Of a DNA stretch of 64,000 bases, positions 38,815 to 53,583 are shown piece after piece. The translations under genes were made by a program, and so were the position numbers. The notes beneath the pieces are model-generated. The model did not search any database. It was not told the DNA's origin and worked only from the letters and a program-made list of their open reading frames with translations. The number at the start of each line of letters is the position of its first letter. Positions within the stretch are counted from its first letter, which is position 1. The DNA comes from an uncultured Spirochaetota bacterium (GTDB lineage: Bacteria > Spirochaetota > Brevinematia > Brevinematales > JAOACQ01): the NCBI GenBank assembly GCA_963768055.1, contig CAVYGN010000002.1, forward strand, positions 992,001-1,056,000, given 5' to 3'.

Positions 38815-38941
38815 AAAAATTATCCATATTTTTATTGCAGTTATATTATCATTATAATGATAACAATAATATTATGTAAATATTTTTGAATTTAAAAATT
38901 GAAAATTACGAAGCTGTTTATTAAAGATTATTCCTCAACGT

Positions 38942-38995
38942 CCTTTGCACCCTCTGCGTTCTCTAACTTTGCGTTCTTCGCGACTTTGCGGTAAA
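38942..38995. repeat. Degenerate short-unit repeat (CTTTGCG/CTCTGCG type)
   Basis: CCTTTGCACCTCTGCGTTCTCTAACTTTGCGTTCTTCGCGACTTTGCGGTAAA; loosely complementary to CACACAAAGACGCCAAGG near 33890. Confidence 0.5.
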
Positions 38996-39065
38996 CCCCA
39001 TAAAACTAAAAATAATTACGAAAAGCTGCAAAAGAATTATCAAAGAAGAGATTATTCAATCTCTG

Positions 39066-39092
39066 CTCCGCTTCTCCGTGTCTCCCTGTGAA
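39066..39092 (-). repeat. Right arm of 27-bp inverted repeat pair
   Basis: CTCCGCTTCTCCGTGTCTCCCTGTGAA. Confidence 0.75.
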
Positions 39093-39140
39093 TTTATCCC
39101 TGAAATGTAGTGAGTTATTTATTTAACTATATTGAATTAC

Positions 39141-39635
39141 CTATAATAATTTCTGATAATAGACATTGTCTAAAATTCTTTCGAACTTATGCACCATATT
39201 TTTAAAATAACCGCATTTTATATATGAACTCTTTTCAAACAATTTTATACTTGCTTCATTTTCCGAACATATTCCCGCAATTATAGTTTTTATTCCTTTC
39301 TGTTTGGCTATTTTTTCGAGATATGAAACGGCGGATGTTCCTATCCCCATGTTCGTGTATCCGCTTTTTATGTATATTGTAATTTCATAAGTATATCTAT
39401 AACCGTCTTTTACGCTATAAGGCCTCAGTAGGCAGAATCCGCAAAAAGCCGATTTATAATAAATGCAATAAGCGTATGTTATTGAACTTTCAATATTAAA
39501 ATATGAAATAATTTCCTGTGTTGAAAGGGGTTTAATAAAAGCTATCGCGGTAGAATTTTTGATATAGTAATTGAAAACATCCGAGATATCGTTGTAGTCG
39601 ATCTTTCCCGATTTTTTAAAGGTAATATTATTCAT
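39141..39635 (-). CDS. GNAT N-acetyltransferase (YncA/phosphinothricin acetyltransferase-like)
   Basis: FNYYIKNSTA, GYRYTYEITIY, GIGT, NEASIKLF. Confidence 0.85.
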   Translation of the reverse strand: MNNITFKKSGKIDYNDISDVFNYYIKNSTAIAFIKPLSTQEIISYFNIESSITYAYCIYYKSAFCGFCLLRPYSVKDGYRYTYEITIYIKSGYTNMGIGTSAVSYLEKIAKQKGIKTIIAGICSENEASIKLFEKSSYIKCGYFKNMVHKFERILDNVYYQKLL

Positions 39636-39717
39636 GATCTATACAAACTTAAATTTTCCGAATTGATATCAATCTTTTCATAAAAATCCATAAATACCTC
39701 TTAAGGCAAAAAATCTA

Positions 39718-40347
39718 TTATCTGATAAATATAAAAAGAATAAATCCGGTGACAGCCAGTGAGAAGATTCCAATCAAAATAGATTGAAATTTATTTGTTT
39801 TTAGCGAAGCATATGCTCCAATAGGGAAAAGTATGATGTACCAGGCCAGAGCAATGAACTGATAAATATCGGCGAAAACCCTCCAGAAGCCCGGCCTTGC
39901 TATTATTCCGAGCCATTCTTTTTGTGTTAACAGACCGGTCGCAAACAGAATACTGCCGATTGTTTCCGGAATCCAGGTTAATAGACAGGGAAGCGCGAAA
40001 GCAAAACCCATAACGGCGAGAGTCGAATCAAAAGACCCCTGTCCTATAAAAACTTTGCCGGTTAAATAAATTAATGAAGAAGCAAAAATCCAGCCCATTG
40101 CAAATATCGGCAGTGCAAAAAATATTTCCCAGAAATAATATTTTTCCGCCGGGATATTGATCCAGGCCGGTGTTATTATCTTTGCATTTGATGCGGCCAG
40201 CATTATAACCGTGATGGTGTAAAGAAAGCCGATAATAAGTATAATACAAGCCCCGTATCTCAGGCTGTTTTTGTCTTTTACCAGTTGGTCGAATGTTTTA
40301 TGAGGACGCAGGATTGATCTGAACATGTATTTCAGAAATTTCTTCAT
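39718..40347 (-). CDS. Yip1-like membrane protein
   Basis: ILRPHKTF start, about five TM helices, FALP..L..IP. Confidence 0.65.
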   Translation of the reverse strand: MKKFLKYMFRSILRPHKTFDQLVKDKNSLRYGACIILIIGFLYTITVIMLAASNAKIITPAWINIPAEKYYFWEIFFALPIFAMGWIFASSLIYLTGKVFIGQGSFDSTLAVMGFAFALPCLLTWIPETIGSILFATGLLTQKEWLGIIARPGFWRVFADIYQFIALAWYIILFPIGAYASLKTNKFQSILIGIFSLAVTGFILFIFIR

Positions 40348-40616
40348 GCTTTCCACCTTGATTACTAAACTTAATTATTAATTTCAATCAAGTTTTTCCA
40401 AACGACTTCATTATTGCCGCTTTCAATGGTCTATTCATTCATATAACAATTTAAAATCATCACTTACAAATATATTTTCTTCGTGCCGTCCTATTAAATA
40501 AAATTCCTTATTCATAATTATATTATGTTTCACAGATAAATCCAATTTTATAATCAGTGCAATCAGTGCGATCTGTAGTTTCAATTTGTTTATTCCCCCC
40601 CGGTTGCTTCGATTTA

Positions 40617-41276
40617 TTAATCTTCCTCGTCGATAAGCACGACCCTGTTGGGCACGCCTTTTTTAACCTCGGGATAATTTTCCAGCAGCAGTCGTCCGTC
40701 GGATTTCCTGAAATAGAAATCGAAATGGAAAAAACTTCCGATGAGGCCGGTCAATGCCACTTTCACTTTCACGGATTCCACCTTGGACCCGCCCAGATCG
40801 ATGGTTTCTTCTTTTTTCTTGACGGCTTTAAATTCTGCAATCTGATTCAAATTATTCGGGTTTACTGACCAGAATGTTTTTTCCTTAGTGTCTGACATTA
40901 TGTAGCTTTCCAGGCCGATTTCCCACTGTTCTATCCAGGGATCGCTGTTTATCGAGATTGTTTTGTCAATTGGTTCCCCCTTGAATATGCCTTTTATTTT
41001 AATCGTATTTCCTACTCGGACGCTTTCGAGATCGATCTTTTTGCCGGGGTTTGAATATTTCCATTTTAAGGTGCTGAAATCCGGATTCAAAATAAAATCA
41101 TTGTTTCCGGTAAGATCCGAAATTCCCGTTAAATGATAACCGTTTTCTATAGAGCTCATAACCAGCACATGGTACAGATCATTTGAAATGGTGTTTTGCC
41201 TGTACTTAAGCGTTAAACTGTAAACCGGGACACATATAAAAATAAAAATAATTATAATACTTAATCGGAAATCCAT
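40617..41276 (-). CDS. Exported hypothetical protein (DUF3108-like beta sheet)
   Basis: Signal peptide; EETIDLGGSKVESVKVKV...FYFRKSDGRLL. Confidence 0.6.
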   Translation of the reverse strand: MDFRLSIIIIFIFICVPVYSLTLKYRQNTISNDLYHVLVMSSIENGYHLTGISDLTGNNDFILNPDFSTLKWKYSNPGKKIDLESVRVGNTIKIKGIFKGEPIDKTISINSDPWIEQWEIGLESYIMSDTKEKTFWSVNPNNLNQIAEFKAVKKKEETIDLGGSKVESVKVKVALTGLIGSFFHFDFYFRKSDGRLLLENYPEVKKGVPNRVVLIDEED

Positions 41277-41417
41277 AAACTCCTCTGCTTTTTTAAAAAA
41301 ACATGCAATTTAATAAAAATATTTTCTTACTAAAAATTTTTATTTTACCATTAGTATTAATATAATAATGGAAAGTAAAATAACAAAAAGAATTTCTCTT
41401 TTATTTAGAGGCATAAG

Positions 41418-41786
41418 ATGAATACAGAAATATTCCGCGATCCGGCAACACATGAACCCTTGAAATATGAGCCGGGTAAAGGATTCATAAACCCTGCGAC
41501 AGGGATAAAATATCCTGAAAAGAATGGAATTGTCCGTTTTATCGATGATGGCGAACTTACCGGAAACAATAAAAAGTACGCGAAACTTTATGACAGGCTG
41601 GCTTTTCTATATGACTTACCGGTGAAATTATATGCAGTCATCCGTAACGGCGGTTTAAAGAAGCGGCGGGAAGAATTCCTGAGGGAAATCGAGATCAAAC
41701 CTGGGGGCCTTGTCCTGGAAACATCCGATCAGGAAATCGCTATCTTAAATAATGCCCGGCCAGGCCGATCAACGCTCCGAGGATAA
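41418..41786 (+). pseudogene. Truncated SAM-dependent methyltransferase with Trm112-like N-terminus
   Basis: DPATHEPL...YPEKNGI, YDRLAFLYD; similarity breaks at VLETS before the glycine motif, then overlaps the convergent gene. Confidence 0.6.
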
Positions 41787-42057
41787 TAGACATTAAAGAG
41801 ATTATAAAGGCCGATTTATTAGCTTTAGACGATACTATTATGATAGTCGGAAGAACCAGGGCCAGGGAAATTAGACTTCCCTGCAGCCACCAGACAACTC
41901 CGGGCAGGTTTATATTTACAATGATGATCGATATGAAAAAGTATTGAAGAAAAGCGGCTATAATTGCGCGTTTATCCATCTTCTGGAGGACCATCGGTAA
42001 AATATCGATAACTCCGGCGACTACTCCGATTAACATCGATAAAAATAAAATTCTCAT
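41740..42057 (-). CDS. Small 4-TM hypothetical membrane protein
   Basis: Hydrophobic 105 aa, AAGGAG RBS. Confidence 0.7.
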   Translation of the reverse strand: MRILFLSMLIGVVAGVIDILPMVLQKMDKRAIIAAFLQYFFISIIIVNINLPGVVWWLQGSLISLALVLPTIIIVSSKANKSAFIISLMSIILGALIGLAGHYLR

Positions 42058-42179
42058 ATATTCTCCTTATATTATATTTCTTTTTCCATAAAACAGCATG
42101 CTTGTTTAAAATCCCTATAGAGACCTTTTTTCCCCCCAGATCGCCGATAAAGCGAGAGGTTTCATCCGTTATTTATCCT

Positions 42180-42677
42180 TTAAGATTTTATATACTCCAC
42201 AATGGGCCGGATTTCATCCCGGTTTATCCTGTTAAAATCCCTGGCCATCAGCTTCGCTTTTTCCGGGTCAGTTTTTGCAGTCATTTTAACGGCAAAATTA
42301 ATAATACTTCGTTCCAGCCACTTGAATTCTTTGAATATCATTTTGCCGTTTAGGGGGAAATAGGGCAGACTTAAACAGATTTCTTCAGGGAAATTGGATT
42401 TAAAGTGATTTTGGAGCTCCGGATCGGTCTTTAAAGCTGCGGATGTCGTATAATAGACAAGTTTTTTTCCCTTGAGCTTCGGCCAGTTTTTTTTAATCCA
42501 TCTTCCGATAGCTGGCGAGCCCATTCTTATACAGCTTCCGATGATCAGTATATCGTAATCTCTAATATCCCTTACTTTACTGACAGGTACCGCTTCGAAC
42601 CCTGTCTCTTCCTGGAGCCATTTTGCATAGCACTCCGCCGAACCTGTAATTGTCCTGTAAATGATCAATCCTTTCAT
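42180..42677 (-). CDS. Flavodoxin-domain protein (HemG-like)
   Basis: IIYRTITGSAECYAKW, YDILIIGS. Confidence 0.8.
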   Translation of the reverse strand: MKGLIIYRTITGSAECYAKWLQEETGFEAVPVSKVRDIRDYDILIIGSCIRMGSPAIGRWIKKNWPKLKGKKLVYYTTSAALKTDPELQNHFKSNFPEEICLSLPYFPLNGKMIFKEFKWLERSIINFAVKMTAKTDPEKAKLMARDFNRINRDEIRPIVEYIKS

Positions 42678-42856
42678 AATATTCTCCTATTAATAGCGAT
42701 AAATGCGTGTGACAATCGATAATTATAATATAATATCATGTATAATTCCAGCATTAGTTACCAGCCGTTACTTGTTCAAATATTTGACAAGATAAAAAAA
42801 TTCGATTAATATATGGACTATTAATCCAATATGGAATATAATTCTATGAGGATTAT

Positions 42857-43486
42857 ATGGGAACAAAAGATAGAAAATTGAGAGAATTGGAAAAGAGGCG
42901 CAGATTGATCCTTGATAAAAGCAGGGATCTGTTCTTCCGGAAGGGGTTCGATAATGTTACCATAGATGAAATCTGCACTGCTATAGAATACGGAAGGAGC
43001 GCTTTGTACAAACTTTTTCAAAGTAAAGAAGAAATATATTTCAATATTTGTATTGAAGGGATAAACCTCCTTGGGGAGAGTTTGATGGATCTGAACATGA
43101 AAAGTTATTATTTTGAAGAGGAATTTTTAAGAATCCCTAAAATCTTTGTAAAATTTTTCTTCGAACAGAAAAACTATTACGAAGCAATGTTATTTTTCAC
43201 AAAAAACAAGCAGGCAGATCTCAGTATTTCAAACGAACTCTTTGACAGGATGCTGGATGTCAGCCGTATTGCAATGAACCCTATCGACCTCCTGGTAGCT
43301 CGGGGAATCGAACTGGGAATATTGAAAAAAGCCGATTACGGGCGGATCATTATTTTATTTAAAGTCTCACTTACCGGCCTGCTGGATAAGTTTTTCCTTG
43401 ATAGGGACAGTATTGAAATGAATATTATCGAAGAATTTTGCCTCGACCATGCAAGGATTTATTTGAACGGCTTAAAATCGATGTGA
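42857..43486 (+). CDS. TetR/AcrR-family transcriptional regulator
   Basis: LFFRKGFDNVTIDEI...ALYKLFQSKEEI; divergent from the flavodoxin gene. Confidence 0.9.
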   Translation: MGTKDRKLRELEKRRRLILDKSRDLFFRKGFDNVTIDEICTAIEYGRSALYKLFQSKEEIYFNICIEGINLLGESLMDLNMKSYYFEEEFLRIPKIFVKFFFEQKNYYEAMLFFTKNKQADLSISNELFDRMLDVSRIAMNPIDLLVARGIELGILKKADYGRIIILFKVSLTGLLDKFFLDRDSIEMNIIEEFCLDHARIYLNGLKSM

Positions 43487-43626
43487 TGATCGGATCCGGG
43501 GCCGATGTTAATATCTCTAATAAGGACGGTATGACTGCGCTCTCTATAGCCGTATTGAAAGGACAGGGCGATATTGCCGAAAAGCTTAAAAAAGCCGGGG
43601 CAAGATTAAAGAATTCATTTAATTGA
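43486..43626 (+). pseudogene. Ankyrin-repeat gene remnant (C-terminal single repeat)
   Basis: GADVNISNKDGMTALSIAVLKGQGDIAEKLKKAGA. Confidence 0.6.
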
Positions 43627-43644
43627 AAAAAAGATCATAAAATT

Positions 43645-43673
43645 TTGCAAAAAAGGCAAAGGAGTGATATACT
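43645..43673 (+). promoter_or_regulatory. rRNA operon promoter
   Basis: TTGCAA-17 bp-TATACT upstream of the 16S leader. Confidence 0.65.
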
Positions 43674-43858
43674 ACTGACCGCCTCCGAGAAGGAAGCGAA
43701 AGGTAATAGAACTATGGTGAGAGTCCAGTGCGAGTCCTACTCGGTCACCGAGGGTTAAAGCTCGGTGATGGAGGAAGACAAACAATTTCTTAAGAACCCC
43801 GCGCCGGCTTGCCGGAGCGGGGAGATGAAACAGATCAAACAAGAAATGATAATAAAAT

Positions 43859-45390
<1,532 letters not shown>

Positions 45391-45640
45391 TTTAGGGAGA
45401 AAAAAAGTCACTGGACTCTCATCATTTATATAAAAATAAAGGATGAATATAAAAAAGGTATCTTGATTTGTTTAACGCAGATCGAGAACAATTCGCCTGT
45501 CAACGTATATAAATCGTTGAGGTTCATCTGAGCTCATTGGGGTAATGAGCTCACGCCGAACTTTTGCGAGGCGTAGAGCGAATTACACCGAAGTTAATGA
45601 GCCAAGCCGAGCAAAGTGAGGCATAAGGCGAATTAACCGA

Positions 45641-45714
45641 GGGTGTATAGCTCAGTTGGTTAGAGCGCAGCCCTGATAAGGCTGAGGTCGGTGGTTCGAA
45701 ACCACCTACACCCA
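45641..45714 (+). tRNA. tRNA-Ile(GAT)
   Basis: Cloverleaf, anticodon loop CTGATAA, GGTTCGAA T-loop; CCA not encoded. Confidence 0.96.
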
Positions 45715-45765
45715 ACCCCTCACAAGGTGAGGAGCGTACTTGATCGCATATGCGCTCAAGCACGG

Positions 45766-45838
45766 GGGGGTGTAGCTCAGCTGGGAGAGCGCCTGCCTTG
45801 CAAGCAGGATGTCAGGGGTTCGATTCCCCTCATCTCCA
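45766..45838 (+). tRNA. tRNA-Ala(TGC)
   Basis: Cloverleaf, TTGCAA loop, G3:U70 pair; CCA not encoded. Confidence 0.96.
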
Positions 45839-45910
45839 GGCAAGAAACAAAGAAAAGAAAAGAATAGGAAAGAAAAAGAAAGAAAAGCGGTTATAGGAAT
45901 AAGGTAAGAA

Positions 45911-48803
<2,893 letters not shown>

Positions 48804-48834
48804 TTCTTTCCTTTATTCTTATATCGTTTTATTT

Positions 48835-48940
48835 GCTCTCGACCATAGCGCAGGTGTTACACCCGGTCCCATTCCGAACCCGGAAGTTAAGCCCTGCGTC
48901 GCCGATGATACTCGTTTCGGGGAAAGTAGGTGTCGAGAGC
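48835..48940 (+). rRNA. rrf: 5S rRNA
   Basis: GCTCTCGAC/GTCGAGAGC terminal helix, CCCATTCCGAAC, GCCGATGATACT. Confidence 0.93.
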
Positions 48941-48976
48941 TTTTTTTATTTATTTTAAGACAAAAAGAGGAAAAAT

Positions 48977-50179
48977 ATGGTTAACGCGCTGAATACCATA
49001 GAGGAAGCGTTAATAGAAATTAAAAAGGGGAATATGGTTATCGTCGTAGATGACGAAACAAGGGAAAATGAAGGGGATCTTGTGATGGCTGCGGAAATGG
49101 CCACCCCTGAAAAAATAAATTTCATCATCAGGGAAGCAAGAGGCCTTCTGTGTTCGCCCCTTACTTCCGAAAAAGCCTTGAAATTAGACCTTCCAATCAT
49201 GACCGATGAAAAGAACGAAAAATGGGGAACGGCGTTTACGGTATCTGTCGATGCCAAAACAGTCAACACGGGGATATCTGCATTCGAAAGAGCCGAGACT
49301 TTGAAGAAACTGGCCTATCCCGGCGCTGCCAAGGAAGATTTTGTAAGGCCGGGACATATTTTCCCTGTTCAGGCCAGGCCCGGCGGAGTATTAAAAAGGG
49401 CCGGGCATACAGAGGCGACTGTTGACCTGATGTCCCTTGCAGGACTTCAAGAAGTCGGCGTTATATGTGAAATATTAAACGAAGACGGTACGATGGCAAG
49501 GATGCCCCAGCTTAAACAATTCGCGAAAAAACATGAACTCAAAATAATCAGTGTTGCGCAGCTTATCGAATACAGGACAATGAAGGAAAAGCATGTATTC
49601 AAGGAAACAGAAGCGCGTCTTCCTACTAAATACGGTGATTTCAAAATTATAATTTATAAAAATAATATAGACGATAAGGAACATGTAGTTCTTTTAAAAG
49701 GGAAGATTAAAAAAGAACCGCCTGTCCTCGTACGTGTCCACTCGGAATGCTTTACCGGAGATATATTCGGGTCCCTTCGCTGCGATTGCGGAGAGCAACT
49801 GCACAAGGCAATGGAATTGATTGAAAAAGAGAATTGCGGGGTCATTCTTTATATGCGGCAGGAGGGCAGGGGTATCGGACTCCTTAATAAGATTAAAGCT
49901 TACTCCTTACAGGACCGCAAGGGTCTTGACACAGTCGAGGCTAATATTGAACTTGGCTTCGGAGAGGACCTTAGAGATTACGGGATCGGGGCACAAATTT
50001 TGAAAGACCTTGGACTTTCAAAAATACGGCTCCTTACCAACAATCCGAAAAAAATAATAGGCCTTGAGGGTTTCGGTATAGAAATAGTGGAAAGGATTCC
50101 CTTAATAATAAAATCCAATGAAGAAAATGAAAAATACCTTATGACTAAAAAAAACAAAATGGGACATATCCTGGACTGA
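48977..50179 (+). CDS. ribBA: Bifunctional DHBP synthase / GTP cyclohydrolase II
   Basis: [45 protein letters not shown]. Confidence 0.97.
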   Translation: MVNALNTIEEALIEIKKGNMVIVVDDETRENEGDLVMAAEMATPEKINFIIREARGLLCSPLTSEKALKLDLPIMTDEKNEKWGTAFTVSVDAKTVNTGISAFERAETLKKLAYPGAAKEDFVRPGHIFPVQARPGGVLKRAGHTEATVDLMSLAGLQEVGVICEILNEDGTMARMPQLKQFAKKHELKIISVAQLIEYRTMKEKHVFKETEARLPTKYGDFKIIIYKNNIDDKEHVVLLKGKIKKEPPVLVRVHSECFTGDIFGSLRCDCGEQLHKAMELIEKENCGVILYMRQEGRGIGLLNKIKAYSLQDRKGLDTVEANIELGFGEDLRDYGIGAQILKDLGLSKIRLLTNNPKKIIGLEGFGIEIVERIPLIIKSNEENEKYLMTKKNKMGHILD

Positions 50180-50887
50180 TCAATTCGGATTTTCAATCAT
50201 TCTCCTGTATATATATTTTGCTATCTTCCTCATTCCGGCCTGTTCTACGTTATCGAAATGAAAACCGGCAGAGTCGTTTCGCAAATTGATCAATGTCGCA
50301 AGCGTTTTAATCCCTATCCCCTCTATCATGATAAGAAGCGGATCGTAAATGGTTTTCGGCGCCAGAAGAGACATTTCAGAAGCATTATCGAATTTTACAG
50401 CGCATCCTCCGGCACTGATGTCGATTACTTTCCCTTTTACATACCTGTTTATTTCCTTGATGCAGAGCGCGCTTTTTATTACCTCGGTTTCTTTCGGCCT
50501 GACCCGGACATGAATTCGCTGGTCTTTTTTATGTATGTTATTGACGATGATGAACCGGATAACTTCCTCAGCGATATGTGCGGTATTCTGCGAGAAATTT
50601 ATTATAGCGTTAACACCAACAGGCAAGAGGCTTTTAATTAATTCGGGTTTCATGTCGTTTTTTACAATCAGGAATATATTTATTGAAGGGTTGATCTCTT
50701 TTATCTGCTTAAGCTGGTCGATATCCTGAGTTCCTGTCAGAAGTATAGGAATTGTAATGTCTTTTTTCATGGCGCTTACTAATTCATCTCTAGAGGGGCA
50801 ATCGACACATTCAAGCCCCATGGGAATCAGATCTATCATTAAATCGGCCGCTTTATTGAGGAAAAGATCGTAAGCAAAAATTTTCAT
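50180..50887 (-). CDS. PilZ-domain (c-di-GMP-binding) protein with receiver-like N-terminus
   Basis: QRIHVR (RxxxR) and DISAGG (DxSxxG). Confidence 0.8.
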   Translation of the reverse strand: MKIFAYDLFLNKAADLMIDLIPMGLECVDCPSRDELVSAMKKDITIPILLTGTQDIDQLKQIKEINPSINIFLIVKNDMKPELIKSLLPVGVNAIINFSQNTAHIAEEVIRFIIVNNIHKKDQRIHVRVRPKETEVIKSALCIKEINRYVKGKVIDISAGGCAVKFDNASEMSLLAPKTIYDPLLIMIEGIGIKTLATLINLRNDSAGFHFDNVEQAGMRKIAKYIYRRMIENPN

Positions 50888-51036
50888 CTGGGAAGCCGCC
50901 TTGTTTACTGTTTAGAAAAAGGCCTTTTAAACCGAATAAATATAGGATGATTTATTTTTAAAATCAAATTTTATCCGACTATTTTCATGCCCGGATTTAT
51001 TATTTTTAGGTAGATTATACCAAGCAGGAGAATTAT

Positions 51037-52065
51037 ATGAAAAGTTTGTTAATTACCGTACTGCTCGTCTTCATATTCGGCAAAGCTTTTCCGTTCAATA
51101 TTATTTTTCCGGAATTTTATGCATATTCGGAATATAATTCAAGCAATGACATAAACTCTTCTTACCTTATAGATATGGTTATCGATACAGGGCTCAAATA
51201 CGGAGTTAAATTCGGACTTGGATTTAAAGAATACAATATATCATCTCTTCCTACAAATAACGGGGGGCTGGATTCCCTTAAAATATATGTAAACCCTGTG
51301 GATACGCTTAACATAGGTTATTTCCTTGGAAAGAACGTTACGCTGGGTAATGCCGAAATAGGTTATCAGGGCTTTCAATTTCACCAGCAGACCGGTCTTG
51401 AGTATATCGGATATAAAGATATCAGCGGTACCGGGCTCGAGGCTTATATGGATTTAATGGACAATCTTCTTGAGCCCCATATATATATTTACCAGCCTTC
51501 AGACACGAACCAGGTAAATCTCGATACTGTTTTTTATTTGAGGATGGAACATTATGTGTTTGAAGCTTACTTCGGCATCAATGATGTAGATGTTATTGAT
51601 GCATCTGAAAGCAACACCCTGGCTTACAGGCTGGGATTTTTTGTGAAAACCGTATACGGAAAAATAGATTTTCTTGTAGGCCTTTATGCTCCCGACACTC
51701 TTTTCGGGCAGATACCCGCGTCTGATTCAATATATTTAAACATAACCGAACATATTGTTATTGATAATTTCGAACAGACTTTGACCATCTTTACACGGCC
51801 GTCGTCTTATAACGGTGTTACGGAAAATATATCTAACGACGTAGACTTGTATTTAGCGACAGGGGTGAAGTTCGACGATATAGGAGCCGGAATTGAAAAT
51901 TCGCTTCTTTTTGCGTCAAATTATTCCACAACCGACAAACCCGGTTTATATTTCTATTTTTTGATGGACAATCTTATGTACAAAATCGGTGTTTATTATA
52001 CTGTCATAGGAAATGCCTTCGCTTCGAAGTATGGGGGATTTGTAAGCATCAGCGGCAATATTTAG
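51037..52065 (+). CDS. Exported, probably beta-barrel outer-membrane protein
   Basis: Signal peptide, Tyr/Phe/Gly-rich alternating strands; AGGAG RBS. Confidence 0.55.
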   Translation: MKSLLITVLLVFIFGKAFPFNIIFPEFYAYSEYNSSNDINSSYLIDMVIDTGLKYGVKFGLGFKEYNISSLPTNNGGLDSLKIYVNPVDTLNIGYFLGKNVTLGNAEIGYQGFQFHQQTGLEYIGYKDISGTGLEAYMDLMDNLLEPHIYIYQPSDTNQVNLDTVFYLRMEHYVFEAYFGINDVDVIDASESNTLAYRLGFFVKTVYGKIDFLVGLYAPDTLFGQIPASDSIYLNITEHIVIDNFEQTLTIFTRPSSYNGVTENISNDVDLYLATGVKFDDIGAGIENSLLFASNYSTTDKPGLYFYFLMDNLMYKIGVYYTVIGNAFASKYGGFVSISGNI

Positions 52066-53428
52066 TCTGGATTTTCATCAGTTCGCCGACGGTGTTTTCA
52101 AGTTTCATTCCGTGCGAGGCCTTAAGCAGTACTGTGTCCCCGTCCAGTATCATTTCCGTCAATTTATTGATTAGTTCTTCCTGGTTCTGGAAGAATTTTT
52201 TTTCTATGCCGGTTTCTTTGATATTTTCAATGATATTCCGGGAATTGTGACCATAAGCGAACACTATATCGGCGGATTTGTTTTCAGATATATGCCTGCC
52301 GATCATACCATGAAGTTCATGAGCCAAATGACCGAGTTCCAGCATATCCGATAAAACAGCAATTTTCCGCCCTTTAGCCTTTTCAAGAAGTTCGAGGGCT
52401 TTAATCATTGATGAAGGATTGGCGTTATATGTGTCATGAATTATTGTGAAATTTCCCCGGATTATTTCACTTCTTCCATTTACCGGCTTGAACCCGGATA
52501 CTGAACTGACCATTTCTTTTTCATCGATCTGATAAATTTCACTGACTTTAAAAGCGGCGGCAAGATTTGACAGGTTATGTGACCCGGTGGCATGAAAATC
52601 AAATTCATTATTTTTGTATGAAAGTCTGTAGCCTTCAAGACCCCTGTCTTCGAGTATCGACAGGTCTGATATTCCGAAATCCATAGTCTCGACAGGCGAT
52701 ATTTTTTTGAAATATTCCAGAAACCGGTCGTCCCGGTTAAGCAGGGCAATACCATGAGGATTTATTCCGGAGAATATTTCCGATTTGGCTTCCGCTATTT
52801 TTTCAAGGCTTCCGAACATGCCTATATGAGCGTAACCGACATTGGTGATAAGCCCTAACAGGGGCTGTGCGGTTTCAGAGAGATGCCTAAGTTCGCCTTT
52901 GTGATTCATCCCCATTTCAAGTATGAGAATATGGGTTTGAGGCGGAGCCTGAAGCATGGTAAGCGGTAAACCGATATCGTTATTATAATTCTTTGCGGAA
53001 CTATGTACATTATATTTGGTCGATAATATCAGGGAAATAAGCTCCCTCGTAGTCGTCTTGCCGGAGCTCCCGGTTATGCCGATGGAACTTGCAAAGATAT
53101 GTTTTTTATATGCCTTTGCCAGGAAAGATAATGATTCTTTAGTGTCCCTGACAGGTATAACAAAACTATTGTGAATATTTTTTTTTATCCTGCTTTTATA
53201 ATCGTTTTGAACAATAAAAAACCTCACTCCTTTAGAGTTACATTCGTTGATGAAATTGTGACCGTTATGATTTTCACCGACTATTGCAATAAAACACTGA
53301 TTTAGTGTAATATCCCTCGAATCGATTGAAAAACCCTCGACAATGGAATTTTTAGGGTGTCCGATCTTGATTGAAGGGCTCTTGAGGCTCTTTTCAATAA
53401 AACCTATATCTACCATCAAAATCTCCAC
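52049..53428 (-). CDS. murF: UDP-N-acetylmuramoyl-tripeptide--D-Ala-D-Ala ligase
   Basis: DSR, GITGSSGKTTT, NNDIGLP, LEMGMNH, DTYNANPSSM, DMLELG, KASHG. Confidence 0.95.
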   Translation of the reverse strand: MEILMVDIGFIEKSLKSPSIKIGHPKNSIVEGFSIDSRDITLNQCFIAIVGENHNGHNFINECNSKGVRFFIVQNDYKSRIKKNIHNSFVIPVRDTKESLSFLAKAYKKHIFASSIGITGSSGKTTTRELISLILSTKYNVHSSAKNYNNDIGLPLTMLQAPPQTHILILEMGMNHKGELRHLSETAQPLLGLITNVGYAHIGMFGSLEKIAEAKSEIFSGINPHGIALLNRDDRFLEYFKKISPVETMDFGISDLSILEDRGLEGYRLSYKNNEFDFHATGSHNLSNLAAAFKVSEIYQIDEKEMVSSVSGFKPVNGRSEIIRGNFTIIHDTYNANPSSMIKALELLEKAKGRKIAVLSDMLELGHLAHELHGMIGRHISENKSADIVFAYGHNSRNIIENIKETGIEKKFFQNQEELINKLTEMILDGDTVLLKASHGMKLENTVGELMKIQTKYCR

Positions 53429-53583
53429 GGCTTAACACAATAGCCATTCTATATTGTATGTGCTGAGATGATATTTTGGCAAATTTTTGAAAACTTATTT
53501 ACATTTTTTCATTTTTCTTATAAAATAAATAATTGTTTCAAAATAGGTGTAAAGTTGAAATCTCCCCTCTTCCGGAGGAATTA

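Noticed and set aside
48941..48976. FMN riboswitch before ribBA (likewise TPP before thiE, preQ1 before queF)
   Set aside because: Only about 36 nt after the 5S; the other two genes abut upstream CDSs; no consensus seen.
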